From IMG/VR virus record IMGVR_UViG_3300029850_000008: a DNA stretch of 64,000 bases; one strand, written 5' to 3'. Within the stretch, counting starts at the first letter, position 1, and the number at the start of each line of letters is the position of its first letter. This document shows, piece after piece, positions 25,313 through 35,300 of this stretch. Origin of the DNA: a virus. The position numbers and the translations under genes were made by a program. Under the pieces are notes generated by a model. It searched no databases, was not told the origin of the DNA, and saw nothing but the letters and a program-made list of their open reading frames with translations.

Positions 25313-25385
25313 GGAGCTTTATTTCAGTTGGTAGAAAGACCGCCTCATAAGCGGTAAGTCATCGGTTCGAGTCCGGTAGGCTCCA
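25313..25385 (+). tRNA. tRNA-Met-type (anticodon CAU; Met vs Ile2 vs initiator not resolved)
   Basis: Acceptor GGAGCTT/AGGCTCC (one G-U), anticodon arm ACCGC-CTCATAA-GCGGT, T loop TTCGAGT. Confidence 0.85.
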
Positions 25386-25410
25386 TTATTTCAATGGAGG
25401 TGTGAAGAAT

Positions 25411-25602
25411 ATGGCAGGAAGAAAATTAAAACGATTGGACAAAAAAAAATTTGAAGATGCTTTGAATGGGTATTTGAATGGAAAATATATCCAGTTAGAA
25501 GCAGCAAAGATTGCAGGATGCAATAGGGATACTTTTTTGAAATATGCAAACATGATTTTACTTGGAGAACCGATTCCGAATGGGGTGTTTTGGGATGATT
25601 AA
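25411..25602 (+). CDS. small HTH protein
   Basis: SD GGAGG then ATG 25411; LEAAKIAGCNRDTFLKY HTH-like. Confidence 0.5.
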   Translation: MAGRKLKRLDKKKFEDALNGYLNGKYIQLEAAKIAGCNRDTFLKYANMILLGEPIPNGVFWDD

Positions 25603-25762
25603 TGCTGATACAAAGATATTTCCAGATGGAGCAAAATGGGTGGTCTGCCCATATTGTCGAAAAAAGGCGGTTAAGGTATTGGAAGATACCAGAATTTATC
25701 ATATGCCGTTCCGGTGCCATGGAAGTAACTGCAAAAAGGATTTTATTGTGAATGTGGGGTAA
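25595..25762 (+). CDS. small zinc-ribbon protein (Mu Com-like architecture)
   Basis: CPYC-x20-CHGSNC; ATG 25595 overlaps upstream stop. Confidence 0.45.
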   Translation: MINADTKIFPDGAKWVVCPYCRKKAVKVLEDTRIYHMPFRCHGSNCKKDFIVNVG

Positions 25763-26133
25763 TGAATATGTCTTGTTATTATGAACCGGGAACAGATAGA
25801 TACTACGCATGTAGCATGTGTGATAGTCGAAGGATACTTGGCTGTATATTCAATAATCCGCAAGAAAAAGAGGTGGAATCAATGGAAAATACTAAAATTT
25901 TATATGCTCATGAGGCAAATAGGATAGCCAAAGAAAAGAACAAAGACATCCAGGAAAATTTAAAAGAGATTGAAGAAAAAATTAGATGTGCTGCGGATAA
26001 CGGTTATTTTTCTGTTATGTTAAACGGATCATTAAGAAAGATAGTTAATGACGAGCTGGTGAAACTTGGATACGATGTGCAAACATATTTGAATCATAAT
26101 GAAAATGTGTATGTAATCAGTTGGGACAAATAA
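25762..26133 (+). CDS. hypothetical protein
   Basis: Track ORF; TAATG overlap with upstream stop. Confidence 0.5.
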   Translation: MNMSCYYEPGTDRYYACSMCDSRRILGCIFNNPQEKEVESMENTKILYAHEANRIAKEKNKDIQENLKEIEEKIRCAADNGYFSVMLNGSLRKIVNDELVKLGYDVQTYLNHNENVYVISWDK

Positions 26134-26197
26134 ATAGAACTAGTCAAGAGAGCCAAAGAGAGCCATGACTTCATAGAAAGGAGGTCTGGCTCTTTTT

Positions 26198-28396
26198 ATG
26201 CAAGAAGGATCATTTGAATGGTATAAGGCTATTTTTAATAGTCTTTTAAAATCTGACATGAAAAACTTTCAAAATCAAAAGGATTGTTATGATTTGCTGC
26301 TAAACATGAAAATTGATTTGAAGTTTGATGATAAGCAGATAAAAAACTATGCTTTAAAAATCAGTCAGTATACACACAAAATGGCAGATTATATGGCCGG
26401 AATGACTGGAAGTGGACAATTTGATGAATTGTATTGGAATTTACTTCTGTTCGAAGCCCCGGATCTTCTGGATTCCTATTGTCTGTATGTTGAGAAAGAT
26501 AGAAAACCTCAAGAACGCTTTTACCAGCCAAGAAGAAAAACCTTGATAAAGGTTGTGAACTTGTTACAGCGGTTGGAAGATGACGAACTGGACGAAGGAT
26601 TTGTACACATGCCAGCACGTGTCGGAAAACTGATTTCCAATGATACTCCTGTTTTCACAAAAGATGGATGGAAAAAGCATGGAGAATTAAAACTGGGAGA
26701 TAAGGTTATTGGAAGTGATGGAAATTTTACTACGGTTATTTGTGTTCATCCAAAATATCATACAACTCATACCGTAGAATTTTCTGATGGAACAAAAATT
26801 GAATGCCACTTTAGGCATGAATGGACTGTATACGATTCACTTGGGAAACGATGGATTACAACAGAAACAAAAAATCTTATAAAGAGCCAAACCTATGGAT
26901 TTTTTAAAGAACGATATTTTCTTCCAATAGTTTCAACAAATTTGGACTTAAAAGTACCATTAGTTCAAGAAAAAAGATCAATCAAATCTATTAGGAAGAG
27001 CAATCCAAAACAAGGTAACTGTATTACGGTTTCAAATAGCGATGGTTTGTATCTGGTTGGAAAAACAATGATTCCAACGCATAACACGCAGATCATTACA
27101 CTTGGTATGAGCTGGCATTGTTGCCGAAATACAGAGAAAAGCAATCTTTATTGTTCCTACAAAGAAGATGCTGGAGGAGCATTTCTTGATGGTGTAAAAG
27201 AAATCTGGACAGATCCTATATATCGTCATGTAGATGTGTTCCCTAAAGCACAGATTGTTGATACGGATGCAAAAGCAAACACGATTGATCTGGAACGCAA
27301 GAAAAAATACAAGTCTCTGTCTGGAAAAGGCCTTACTTCTGGATTGAATGGATTGTATGATGCAAATGGTTGGTTGGTTGCTGATGATATTTTATCTGGA
27401 ATTGAGGACGTGTTAAGTCCAGATGTTTTAGCAAGAAAACAGATGCTGTTCGATAACAACCTTATGAAAAGAAAAAAAGAACAGTGCAAGGTTCTTTATA
27501 ACGGAACAATTTGGAGTCTCCATGATATTTATATGGATCGTGTAAACTTCCTGGAAACAGATCCAGAAGCAAAAGATGTAAGATGGGAAGTTCTGAAGAT
27601 CCCTGCTCTTGACCCAGAAACCGATGAAAGTAACTTCGACTATGATTATGGAGTAGGATTCAGCACAAAATACTACAGAATGGAACGTGCAAAATTTGAA
27701 GCAAATGACGATATGGCTTCATGGTTTGCACAGTGTCAACAAGAACCGATAGAACGTGATGGAGCGGTATTTAATCCGGAGCATATGAATTTTTATAATG
27801 GTGTTCTTCCAGACGAAATTCCATTGAAAATAGTCGCTGCATGTGATGTGGCTCTTGGTGGAACGGACTTTCTTTCCATGCCAGTTGCCTATGTATATGA
27901 AGATGGATCTGTTTATATTCATGATGTGGTATTTGACAGTAGTGAGAAGTCAGTAACTCAGCCTAAAGTAGTAGATTGTTTGATCAGGAACAATGTTACA
28001 AATTCCTTTTTCGAAGCAAACAATGGTGGAGAGGGATACAAAGATGATATTGATAGGTTGTTAAAAGAGAGAGGACACAAGATTAATCTGGTATCAAAAT
28101 TTGCACAACAGATGATTGTCAACGCTGGAAAGGGTGGATCAAAAACTGCGCAGCGGAAAGAACAAAGAATCTGGGACAATGCACAGACAATCAGAAGCTT
28201 TTATTTCCGGGACTCCGGACATCAAAGCCTGGAATACCGAAAATTTATGAATCAGCTTTATTCTTTTACTGTAAACGGTAAAAATAAGCATGATGATAGC
28301 CCAGATAGTTTGGCAGCATTAGCAGTATTTTTAAATAAGGGTAGTGGAACTCAAACAACTCAAGTAGTGTCAAGTCCTTTTGGACGTAGGAGGTAA
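26198..28396 (+). CDS. terL: terminase large subunit, interrupted by a mini-intein
   Basis: Walker A PARVGK/T split at aa 144/297; 732 aa; precedes portal; C-terminal nuclease-like HDDSPDS. Confidence 0.9.
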   Translation: MQEGSFEWYKAIFNSLLKSDMKNFQNQKDCYDLLLNMKIDLKFDDKQIKNYALKISQYTHKMADYMAGMTGSGQFDELYWNLLLFEAPDLLDSYCLYVEKDRKPQERFYQPRRKTLIKVVNLLQRLEDDELDEGFVHMPARVGKLISNDTPVFTKDGWKKHGELKLGDKVIGSDGNFTTVICVHPKYHTTHTVEFSDGTKIECHFRHEWTVYDSLGKRWITTETKNLIKSQTYGFFKERYFLPIVSTNLDLKVPLVQEKRSIKSIRKSNPKQGNCITVSNSDGLYLVGKTMIPTHNTQIITLGMSWHCCRNTEKSNLYCSYKEDAGGAFLDGVKEIWTDPIYRHVDVFPKAQIVDTDAKANTIDLERKKKYKSLSGKGLTSGLNGLYDANGWLVADDILSGIEDVLSPDVLARKQMLFDNNLMKRKKEQCKVLYNGTIWSLHDIYMDRVNFLETDPEAKDVRWEVLKIPALDPETDESNFDYDYGVGFSTKYYRMERAKFEANDDMASWFAQCQQEPIERDGAVFNPEHMNFYNGVLPDEIPLKIVAACDVALGGTDFLSMPVAYVYEDGSVYIHDVVFDSSEKSVTQPKVVDCLIRNNVTNSFFEANNGGEGYKDDIDRLLKERGHKINLVSKFAQQMIVNAGKGGSKTAQRKEQRIWDNAQTIRSFYFRDSGHQSLEYRKFMNQLYSFTVNGKNKHDDSPDSLAALAVFLNKGSGTQTTQVVSSPFGRRR
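26630..27085 (+). mobile_element. 152-aa mini-intein (class 3 / WCT-type) in the TerL P-loop
   Basis: Block A-like LISNDTPV (no Cys1), H-E-W in block B, GNCITV block F Cys, IPTHN then +1 Thr; removal restores ARVGKTQI. Confidence 0.75.
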
Positions 28397-28401
28397 TAAT
28401 C

Positions 28402-28812
28402 ATGAACAAACGCAAAGCCAGATATAAAGATTACGATATTACGCCAAAGAGAAAGAAAGAATTAGAGGGATTTTGCGAACAATATCCAGAATGGAAAGAT
28501 GAGTTAATCATTAACCGTATTTCTCCAAAGGGGCAGAAAATTACTGGAATGCCATATTCCAGGACAAATGAAACCAGTGATGAAACCGCCATGTTGGCAA
28601 TCAGAAGAGCTGAAATTCAAGAAAAGATTGATTTGATTGAAAACATTGCCAAGGAAGTAGATCCAGATATTTGGACATACATTATTAAGTCGGTATGCTA
28701 TTTGAAACCATATCCATATTTGAGAAATGTTATGGGAATTCCGTGTTCTCCGGCGGCACTCGCAGACCGGAGAAGATATTTCTTTTGTCTGTTGAATTTA
28801 AGAAAAAAGTGA
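28402..28812 (+). CDS. hypothetical protein (possible late regulator)
   Basis: Track ORF between terL and portal; basic N-terminus; function not recognised. Confidence 0.5.
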   Translation: MNKRKARYKDYDITPKRKKELEGFCEQYPEWKDELIINRISPKGQKITGMPYSRTNETSDETAMLAIRRAEIQEKIDLIENIAKEVDPDIWTYIIKSVCYLKPYPYLRNVMGIPCSPAALADRRRYFFCLLNLRKK

Positions 28813-28894
28813 GTTTTTAAACGGTATTAAACTGTATTATAATACTATTGTGAAAAAATAAAATTGCGTTTGGAGAATATCCAGACGCTTTTTT
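28809..28894 (+). promoter_or_regulatory. late promoter-terminator cassette L1
   Basis: GTGAGTTTTTAAAC 28809, TATAAT 28838 (29 nt start to start), 8-bp hairpin 28866-88 plus T6. Confidence 0.55.
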
Positions 28895-28932
28895 CTTTGC
28901 AAAAACTATGAGAAGGGAGAAATATCTGACAC

Positions 28933-30480
28933 ATGAGAGCAACAATAGAAGACATAAAAATTCGGGAAAAACTTCGTGGCAGAAGGAAGATTTTCACTAG
29001 CTATAAAGTTATCACGAAGGACAATTTGCTTGATGTATTGACGAAAGCAAAATCTACACATATGCTGAATGTTGCAGAAATGAACTTTCTCATAGATTAC
29101 GAAAGAGGGAACCAACCACTTCTGAGAGATAAGATTATAAGACCAGAAATTGATATTGAGGTTAATAGTAATCTTGCGAACTATATCAAGGAATTCAAGA
29201 TAGGTTATGTTTGGAGCAGCCCTGCGATGCTGGTGCAACGAGGAAACCAGGAGATGCATGAGACATCTTCGGATAGTGATGACTCTGGTATTAATGCCTT
29301 GAATGAATCTCTGATCAATGGATCTAATATGGGAAGATTGGAACAGTCTATGGCTGAATTCGTGGAAATCTGCGGAATTGGTCACAGAATGGTTGATGTG
29401 AAATCATCCGACTGGGAAGATGGTCAACTCGCAGAGATCTACACGTTAGATTCCAGATATGCTTTTAATGTGTATTGGAATGGTCCGGGACAGAAAAAGG
29501 TCTTAAGCGTGTCATACTATGAAGATGATGTTGATGATAAAACATATTTTACTTGTATAACGGACGATATGCGATATGAGGTTGTCAACGATGAGATTGT
29601 TGATATGATGCCTAATCCGCTTGGAAAGTGTTCTATTGTGGAATACGAAAGAACCTTTGACCGTACTGGATGCTTTGAAAGGGAAATTCCAAGAATGGAT
29701 TCCTTGAATATCCTGCTTTCTGATTTTACCAATGATGTAGCACAAAGAACGCAGGAAGTTTGGTGGGGAGACAATATTGATTTTAAGCAGGATGAAAAAG
29801 GGAATCGTATTGAACCGCAAAGCGGAGATTGGGTTCTAACTTATAGTGGAGAAGGGAAAACAGCAAAAATCCAGCCGCTTTCAAGTTCATTTGATGGAAG
29901 TAGTACTTTAAATGCTATTTCAAGTGCCAGAAATGAGATTTTGCAGGATTGCAAAGTACCAATTCAGTATGATAGTGCTGGTGGTGGATCTACGGGAACT
30001 GCTATGGATATGGGAAGCGGATGGAGCGCAACAGAACTGGATGCTATGAAAGAGCAGCAGATGATTGAAGCTGGAAAACGTGAAGAACTAGACCTAATAA
30101 TTAGGGCAATTCAAAAAGTTCCAGAAAGAATTCTTCCGCTTGATGATCCGATAAGATCTGTGCATTTAACGGACGTGAACTTCCATTTTACAAGAAGAAA
30201 GAGCCTTGATATGAGCATTAAAGCTAATACGTTTTCAACGTACTTTAACGCTGGAGTTCATCCGAGACATATTTTACAAGCTGTTGACGCTTTCCCGGAT
30301 AATGAGCAGGTATATCTTGATTCCAAAGATATGTTTGATGCTTTACAGAAAAAAATGGTATCAGATACATCAATGGAAAATACAGATGATGCTGCGAATA
30401 CATCAAGTGATCCAATAAATCAGATTGGACAGTCTCCACTTCTTGATGGAATGAACACAGACCGATCAACGGTTGTATAG
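28933..30480 (+). CDS. portal protein
   Basis: 515 aa, position after terL and before Mu F-like head protein. Confidence 0.8.
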   Translation: MRATIEDIKIREKLRGRRKIFTSYKVITKDNLLDVLTKAKSTHMLNVAEMNFLIDYERGNQPLLRDKIIRPEIDIEVNSNLANYIKEFKIGYVWSSPAMLVQRGNQEMHETSSDSDDSGINALNESLINGSNMGRLEQSMAEFVEICGIGHRMVDVKSSDWEDGQLAEIYTLDSRYAFNVYWNGPGQKKVLSVSYYEDDVDDKTYFTCITDDMRYEVVNDEIVDMMPNPLGKCSIVEYERTFDRTGCFEREIPRMDSLNILLSDFTNDVAQRTQEVWWGDNIDFKQDEKGNRIEPQSGDWVLTYSGEGKTAKIQPLSSSFDGSSTLNAISSARNEILQDCKVPIQYDSAGGGSTGTAMDMGSGWSATELDAMKEQQMIEAGKREELDLIIRAIQKVPERILPLDDPIRSVHLTDVNFHFTRRKSLDMSIKANTFSTYFNAGVHPRHILQAVDAFPDNEQVYLDSKDMFDALQKKMVSDTSMENTDDAANTSSDPINQIGQSPLLDGMNTDRSTVV

Positions 30481-30490
30481 GTGATGGCTT

Positions 30491-31126
30491 ATGATTGGTG
30501 CTAGAAGCTTCGATGAAGTGAATGATCTGGTTACAAATAAGCGTGGAATAGATTTTGAAGAATATTTTTCCACGATGGATATTTCAAACGGAGAAAAGGA
30601 AAAGCGTGTTGAATTGGCAAAAAGATTAAATGATCAGTTTCTTGTAATTGTTTCTTTGCTTTTTATGGCTCAGAAATATAGTACAAACGATTATGAATTG
30701 ATTAGAAATAAATTTGTTGATATGTACAAGAATGCGATATTGGGTGTGATTGCTATAGATTCCTATATGAGCGATTATATAGAACAGATATCGCACGATG
30801 TCATAGATTCAACATTGAATAATCCAGATGATCCATACTATGTTTCACCGGACAGAGCAGTGTTCATGGCAGAAAATGAATCAAATACTTGCTGGAATCA
30901 TCAAGAGTTTGAAGATGCCATCGAAAACGGAGCAACAAAAAAACAATGGATTGATATAAGGGATAAAAGAGAAAGAAAAACGCACATAGAAGTTGGCGGA
31001 AAAATAAAACCAATACAAGAACCATTTGCAGTTGGAGATTCACTTTTAGATTATCCGAAAGATACAAAATATGGTGCCGATGCAAAAGAAATTGTAAATT
31101 GCAGATGCTCCATTCGATATTTTTAA
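30491..31126 (+). CDS. minor head protein (Mu F / SPP1 gp7-like)
   Basis: C-terminal VNCRCSIRYF motif typical of Phage_Mu_F; follows portal. Confidence 0.8.
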   Translation: MIGARSFDEVNDLVTNKRGIDFEEYFSTMDISNGEKEKRVELAKRLNDQFLVIVSLLFMAQKYSTNDYELIRNKFVDMYKNAILGVIAIDSYMSDYIEQISHDVIDSTLNNPDDPYYVSPDRAVFMAENESNTCWNHQEFEDAIENGATKKQWIDIRDKRERKTHIEVGGKIKPIQEPFAVGDSLLDYPKDTKYGADAKEIVNCRCSIRYF

Positions 31127-31130
31127 AATT

Positions 31131-31149
31131 ACAGGCATTGCCTGTTTTT
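31131..31149 (+). terminator. intrinsic terminator
   Basis: ACAGGC-ATT-GCCTGT followed by TTTTT. Confidence 0.55.
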
Positions 31150-31227
31150 ATATTGTCCGAGAGAACGGACATTAATATCACACAAAACGCAGAGAAGCGT
31201 ATAAACACAGAAAGGTAGGATTTTGAT

Positions 31228-31887
31228 ATGAAATACATGAATAATCATTTTGGTCAGAGTAGAATTTTTGGAAAGGCTAGATTTATGGCTGAACCAGCCG
31301 GAGATATTGGTGGCGATGATCCTGGATCAAGTGGTGGAGGATCTGGAAACGGAGGATCTGATGATGACAAACCATCGGTTGAGGAACTGATGGCAAGACT
31401 CGCAAAAGCAGAATCTGATAACCAGAAGAATAAACTGGCACTTGATAAAGCACTAAAAGAAAAAGGAGAAATCACTAAACAGTATCGGCAAACAATGACC
31501 GCTCAAGAACAGGCGGAAATTGCGAAGAAAGAAGCAGATGAAGCCAAAGATGCGAGAATCAAAGAGCTGGAAACCAAGATGCTTATTGGTGAGTATACAG
31601 AAAAAGGAATGGATGCTGCTATTGGCATGGACAAAAACACAGCCAAAGAATTCGCCACATCTCTTACATCTGGAGATGTAGAAAAAGCATTTGAGTCCCT
31701 TGGAAATCATATCAAATCTTTAAAGGCTAAATGGGAAGAGGATTTTTATGCAAGCCGACCAGATATTAAGGCTGGAAACGGTGATGGAAAAGATCAGGAA
31801 ACACTGGCAATGAAAAAAGCCAAAGAGTACGCAGAAGCACATAAAAATTCCAAAGCCAATCAGGATGTATTGAAACATTATCTTTAA
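31228..31887 (+). CDS. scaffolding protein
   Basis: Gly-rich N-terminus then A/K/E-rich coiled coil; directly upstream of capsid genes. Confidence 0.65.
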   Translation: MKYMNNHFGQSRIFGKARFMAEPAGDIGGDDPGSSGGGSGNGGSDDDKPSVEELMARLAKAESDNQKNKLALDKALKEKGEITKQYRQTMTAQEQAEIAKKEADEAKDARIKELETKMLIGEYTEKGMDAAIGMDKNTAKEFATSLTSGDVEKAFESLGNHIKSLKAKWEEDFYASRPDIKAGNGDGKDQETLAMKKAKEYAEAHKNSKANQDVLKHYL

Positions 31888-31906
31888 TTTTTAAGGAGGT
31901 TTAACC

Positions 31907-32317
31907 ATGGCAAGAGGTGACATGAAGATGACTAAGATTTCTGTTAATTTAGAAACAGAAATCTTGAATCGCAAAGAATTTGAAGCAACTCCAATGACCA
32001 TTGATTTTGCTGACGTTACTGATACGGCAGACAATGGAGAAAAGATTGTAAAAGCTGGAATGCCGATTGATAAGGACGGAAAACCAGTTAAGACAACACC
32101 GTGGACTGGTGCGGTTGGAATTTTGCTGCACGATGCATACGAGAGCAGACCACAACAGCAGATTTTAAAGAAAGCATATATTAATGTAACCAGAGCAAAG
32201 GCAAATTGTGGATTAACATACGATGCGGCTCTTGTTGCTGCTATGGTAAACGCTGGTTGCAGAATCGTATTTGAGGAAGGAACTTTAGTGGGAACAGTTC
32301 CAGCAGCAGGATCATAA
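31907..32317 (+). CDS. head-associated protein (possible decoration protein)
   Basis: SD AAGGAGG then ATG 31907; between scaffold and major capsid genes. Confidence 0.5.
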   Translation: MARGDMKMTKISVNLETEILNRKEFEATPMTIDFADVTDTADNGEKIVKAGMPIDKDGKPVKTTPWTGAVGILLHDAYESRPQQQILKKAYINVTRAKANCGLTYDAALVAAMVNAGCRIVFEEGTLVGTVPAAGS

Positions 32318-32390
32318 TAAAATTACCGATCGCTTGAAACATAAGAGGTTGCTGACCCCTAACAGTTATGGGGTGGAAAGGAGTTAAGAA

Positions 32391-33458
32391 ATGAGATTTA
32401 CAGATGTATTTTCTGCACAGTCTATCGCATTTAGATGGACCGTTGATGCAAGCAATGCGGTTCCGTTTTTAGGAACCATATGGTTTCCAAACAAAAGAAA
32501 AAATGGTATTACTTTGAAATGGATTAAGGGGCATAAGGGAGTAGGAGTTGCATTAAAGCCGTCTTCTTTTGATGCATTAGCTACTATCAGACCAAGAGCT
32601 GGAGTTACAACTCTGGAACAGGAAATGCCTTTATTTAGAGAGTCTATGACTGTCAAAGAACATGACCTTATGGAGTTAGAGAGAATCAAAGACTCTAATG
32701 ATTCATATCTGGACGATGTGATTGAGCATGTATACAATGATACTGGTGAGCTGATTGATGGTGCGGAAATCTCTGCTGAAAGAATGAGAATGCAGTTACT
32801 GGCTCCGGCAGTTGGAGAGATGCAGATTTCTGTAGGACTGGCCGACAACACTGCATATATCTATGATTATGACAGTGATGATTCCTGGAAAGGAACTCAT
32901 TATGCATCTTTATCCGGAAACGCAACATGGGATAATGCAGCAACAGCAAAACCATTAAAAGATATCAGAACTGGTGTTGAGGCATTGACTGATATCGGAG
33001 TTGTTGCCACATACGCATTAATGAACAGTAAGACATTTGATTATCTTCTGGAAAATGCTCAAATGAAAAATGCATTAATTACTACTTCTGGTGTTAATGT
33101 AGATTTTATGACAAAAGATAAATTAAAAGAGCTGTTCAGAAGCATGACTGGTCTGATCCCGGTACTGTACGATAAGAAATATAAGGATTATGATGGAACA
33201 ACCAAAAAGTTTTATCCAGATGATTATGTTACAATCATTGGAGATGGAGAACTTGGTAACACTTGGTTTGGTGTTACTCCAGAAGAGAGAACTTTAAGGG
33301 AAGATTCCAACGTAGACGTAAGCGTGATGGATAATGGAATTGCAGTTGCTGTGCAGACCGTATATGGTCCGCCTGTTCAGTACAATACAACAGCTTCCAT
33401 GATTGCTCTTCCATCTTTTGAAGGCATGGATGAAATCTATGTTATCAAAGTGAAATAG
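32391..33458 (+). CDS. major capsid protein
   Basis: 355 aa, SD GGAAAGGAG, position after scaffold; capsid E-like pattern. Confidence 0.85.
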   Translation: MRFTDVFSAQSIAFRWTVDASNAVPFLGTIWFPNKRKNGITLKWIKGHKGVGVALKPSSFDALATIRPRAGVTTLEQEMPLFRESMTVKEHDLMELERIKDSNDSYLDDVIEHVYNDTGELIDGAEISAERMRMQLLAPAVGEMQISVGLADNTAYIYDYDSDDSWKGTHYASLSGNATWDNAATAKPLKDIRTGVEALTDIGVVATYALMNSKTFDYLLENAQMKNALITTSGVNVDFMTKDKLKELFRSMTGLIPVLYDKKYKDYDGTTKKFYPDDYVTIIGDGELGNTWFGVTPEERTLREDSNVDVSVMDNGIAVAVQTVYGPPVQYNTTASMIALPSFEGMDEIYVIKVK

Positions 33459-33470
33459 GAGGCCCAGCAA

Positions 33471-33650
33471 ATGAAGTATGACCACATTGTAAATTACAAT
33501 GGAGTCTATTATAAAGCTGGCGAGGATGTACCAGATGAGTTAACGGGAGATGGGAACGAAAGTTCTTGTCTCCCTAATTCCTTTAATGTAGATGATGAAG
33601 TTACGGAGTCAACTACGCCAAAAAGAGGAAGGCCTAAGAAACATCAATAG
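33471..33650 (+). CDS. small protein with AT-hook-like KRGRPKK tail (59 aa)
   Basis: SD AGGAGG then ATG 33471, TAG 33648-50. Confidence 0.4.
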   Translation: MKYDHIVNYNGVYYKAGEDVPDELTGDGNESSCLPNSFNVDDEVTESTTPKRGRPKKHQ

Positions 33651-33661
33651 AGGTGACGAAC

Positions 33662-34006
33662 ATGGAAAATCAACTACTCAAAGAACTTATTCTGTATATC
33701 GGACCAGATTATACTCCAGATCAAGATTCATTTTTGCTTCTTCTAGTCAATGATGCAATAGAAGAGGTTTGCAACGAAATGTTTCCATATGGATTTTCTT
33801 CTGATGAAGAAAAAGAAAAAGGGAAGAATCTTGCAATCAAACGATATGGAAGTGTTATTCGGAAGATTGCACAGTACCATTACGATAAACAAGGAAAAGA
33901 AGGGTTAGTTGGTTTTTCAGAAAGTGGAACTTCTGTTTCTTATGAGAGTGCTGGTACGCCAACCAGTTATTTAAGAAGCGTTATTCCGGTGTCCTTGATT
34001 ATTTAA
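33662..34006 (+). CDS. head-tail connector (gp6-like)
   Basis: ATG 33662 in track ORF 33653..34006; LKELILYIGPDYTPDQDSFLLLLVNDAIEEV resembles gp6-like connectors. Confidence 0.6.
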   Translation: MENQLLKELILYIGPDYTPDQDSFLLLLVNDAIEEVCNEMFPYGFSSDEEKEKGKNLAIKRYGSVIRKIAQYHYDKQGKEGLVGFSESGTSVSYESAGTPTSYLRSVIPVSLII

Positions 34007-34112
34007 AAAGATGGTACGTGGTACGGTGCCCTCCCATCCGTATTGCTGGGATGTTTCGTGAGGTGGTGGGGAGAAACATATCTTTTGACTAACCTGGGAG
34101 AGCGAGGTAAAA

Positions 34113-34427
34113 ATGATGGGATGTGAAAGTGATTGCCCAAATCTTCACCGTTTGCAGAGCCTAGAAGAAGATTACCATGCGTTCAAAGAAAAAAATTCTG
34201 CTGATCACAAAGAATTTTATAATAGAATTGAAATGCTGGAAAAAGAAAGTGCTTTGCATAAGAATGATTTAGAACATATCAAGGAAACGGTGGATGAAGT
34301 AAATACAAATGTGAAAAGTCTCATGGCAATGCCAGGGAAACGATATGAAACTTTGATTGTGTCAGTTATAACCGCTCTTGCAGGTGCATTTGTCGGTTTT
34401 TTGTTAAGCGGTAATATCCCTGTTTAA
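34113..34427 (+). CDS. XhlA-like coiled-coil protein with C-terminal membrane anchor
   Basis: Coiled coil then TLIVSVITALAGAFVGFLLSG transmembrane tail. Confidence 0.5.
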   Translation: MMGCESDCPNLHRLQSLEEDYHAFKEKNSADHKEFYNRIEMLEKESALHKNDLEHIKETVDEVNTNVKSLMAMPGKRYETLIVSVITALAGAFVGFLLSGNIPV

Positions 34428-34459
34428 AACAGGAAATTCCACTTCGGGAGGGACGTGGA

Positions 34460-34702
34460 ATGGAAGACTACAGAGATTTTACAGAAGATGAGAGAAGTTT
34501 TTATTTGCATGAAGCTGGATTTGATTCCAGAGAATCAATGCTTTTCCGATTGCGAGTCTATGATGAAAAAACATTATGGGAGGCAGCGGAGATTATGGGA
34601 TATAGTTCTAGGACTATTGACCGAATAAATAGAAAAATGAAAAAGAAGATTATTCGATGCGCCCCGATGTATTATCGGGGCGTTTCTTTGCAATGGAAAT
34701 AA
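34460..34702 (+). CDS. small sigma-70 region-4-like HTH regulator
   Basis: LWEAAEIMGYSSRTIDRINRKMKKK HTH; SD GGGAGGGA; hairpin CGCCCCGAT..ATCGGGGCG at the 3' end. Confidence 0.5.
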   Translation: MEDYRDFTEDERSFYLHEAGFDSRESMLFRLRVYDEKTLWEAAEIMGYSSRTIDRINRKMKKKIIRCAPMYYRGVSLQWK

Positions 34703-34740
34703 AATAAATGGCGTATAGATGACGTGCTTTTGTCGATATA

Positions 34741-34775
34741 GTGGCGTTTAAACTTCTTTATATAAGGCTTATAAT
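34741..34775 (+). promoter_or_regulatory. late promoter L2 (no terminator)
   Basis: GTGGCGTTTAAAC 34741 and TATAAT 34770, same 29-nt geometry as L1, L3 and L4. Confidence 0.5.
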
Positions 34776-34805
34776 AGTCTTATCAAGATAGGGGAGGGAC
34801 AGAAC

Positions 34806-35300
34806 ATGATGCAACCATATATGTATCCACAATATCAACAGACGATGCCTCCATATGATAGATTGACTCAGTTACAGTCAAATTACCAGGCAGCAATGGC
34901 ACCATACGCACAGATGCAGCAACAAGCACAAGTGCCGATTCAGCCAATTATGCAACCAAACCAATTTCTTTCTGGACAAATGGTTGACAGTATTGAATCA
35001 GTAAAGGCGAAAGATGTGGATATGTCTGGAAACCCTGTTTACTATCCAAAAACAGATGGATCAGAGATTTACAGAAAACAGTTGCAAGCAGATGGAAGAA
35101 GCCGAATTTTTGTTTATCGACTAATAAATCCAGATCAGCAACAGGTTCAAGATGAACCAAAGCAGGTCGATATCGTTGCATTGTTTGACCAACTTAGAAA
35201 TGATGTTCACTCTGAAATTTCTGGACTTAGAGAATTAGTTGGATCGCAAATGGTACCATTAAATAATACCTCCAAAGAAAAAGGAGGTGTATCAAAATGA
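34806..35300 (+). CDS. Q/M/P-rich low-complexity protein
   Basis: MMQPYMYPQYQQTMPPY ... MQQQAQVPIQPIMQPNQ N-terminus; SD GGGGAGGGA. Confidence 0.6.
   Translation: MMQPYMYPQYQQTMPPYDRLTQLQSNYQAAMAPYAQMQQQAQVPIQPIMQPNQFLSGQMVDSIESVKAKDVDMSGNPVYYPKTDGSEIYRKQLQADGRSRIFVYRLINPDQQQVQDEPKQVDIVALFDQLRNDVHSEISGLRELVGSQMVPLNNTSKEKGGVSK

Noticed and set aside
31358-31368. CTGATGATGAC, identical to the 3' core of hammerhead A, inside the scaffold gene
   Set aside because: There is no GAAAC box, no GUC-flanked stems and no pairing partners nearby. It is coding sequence for SDDD.
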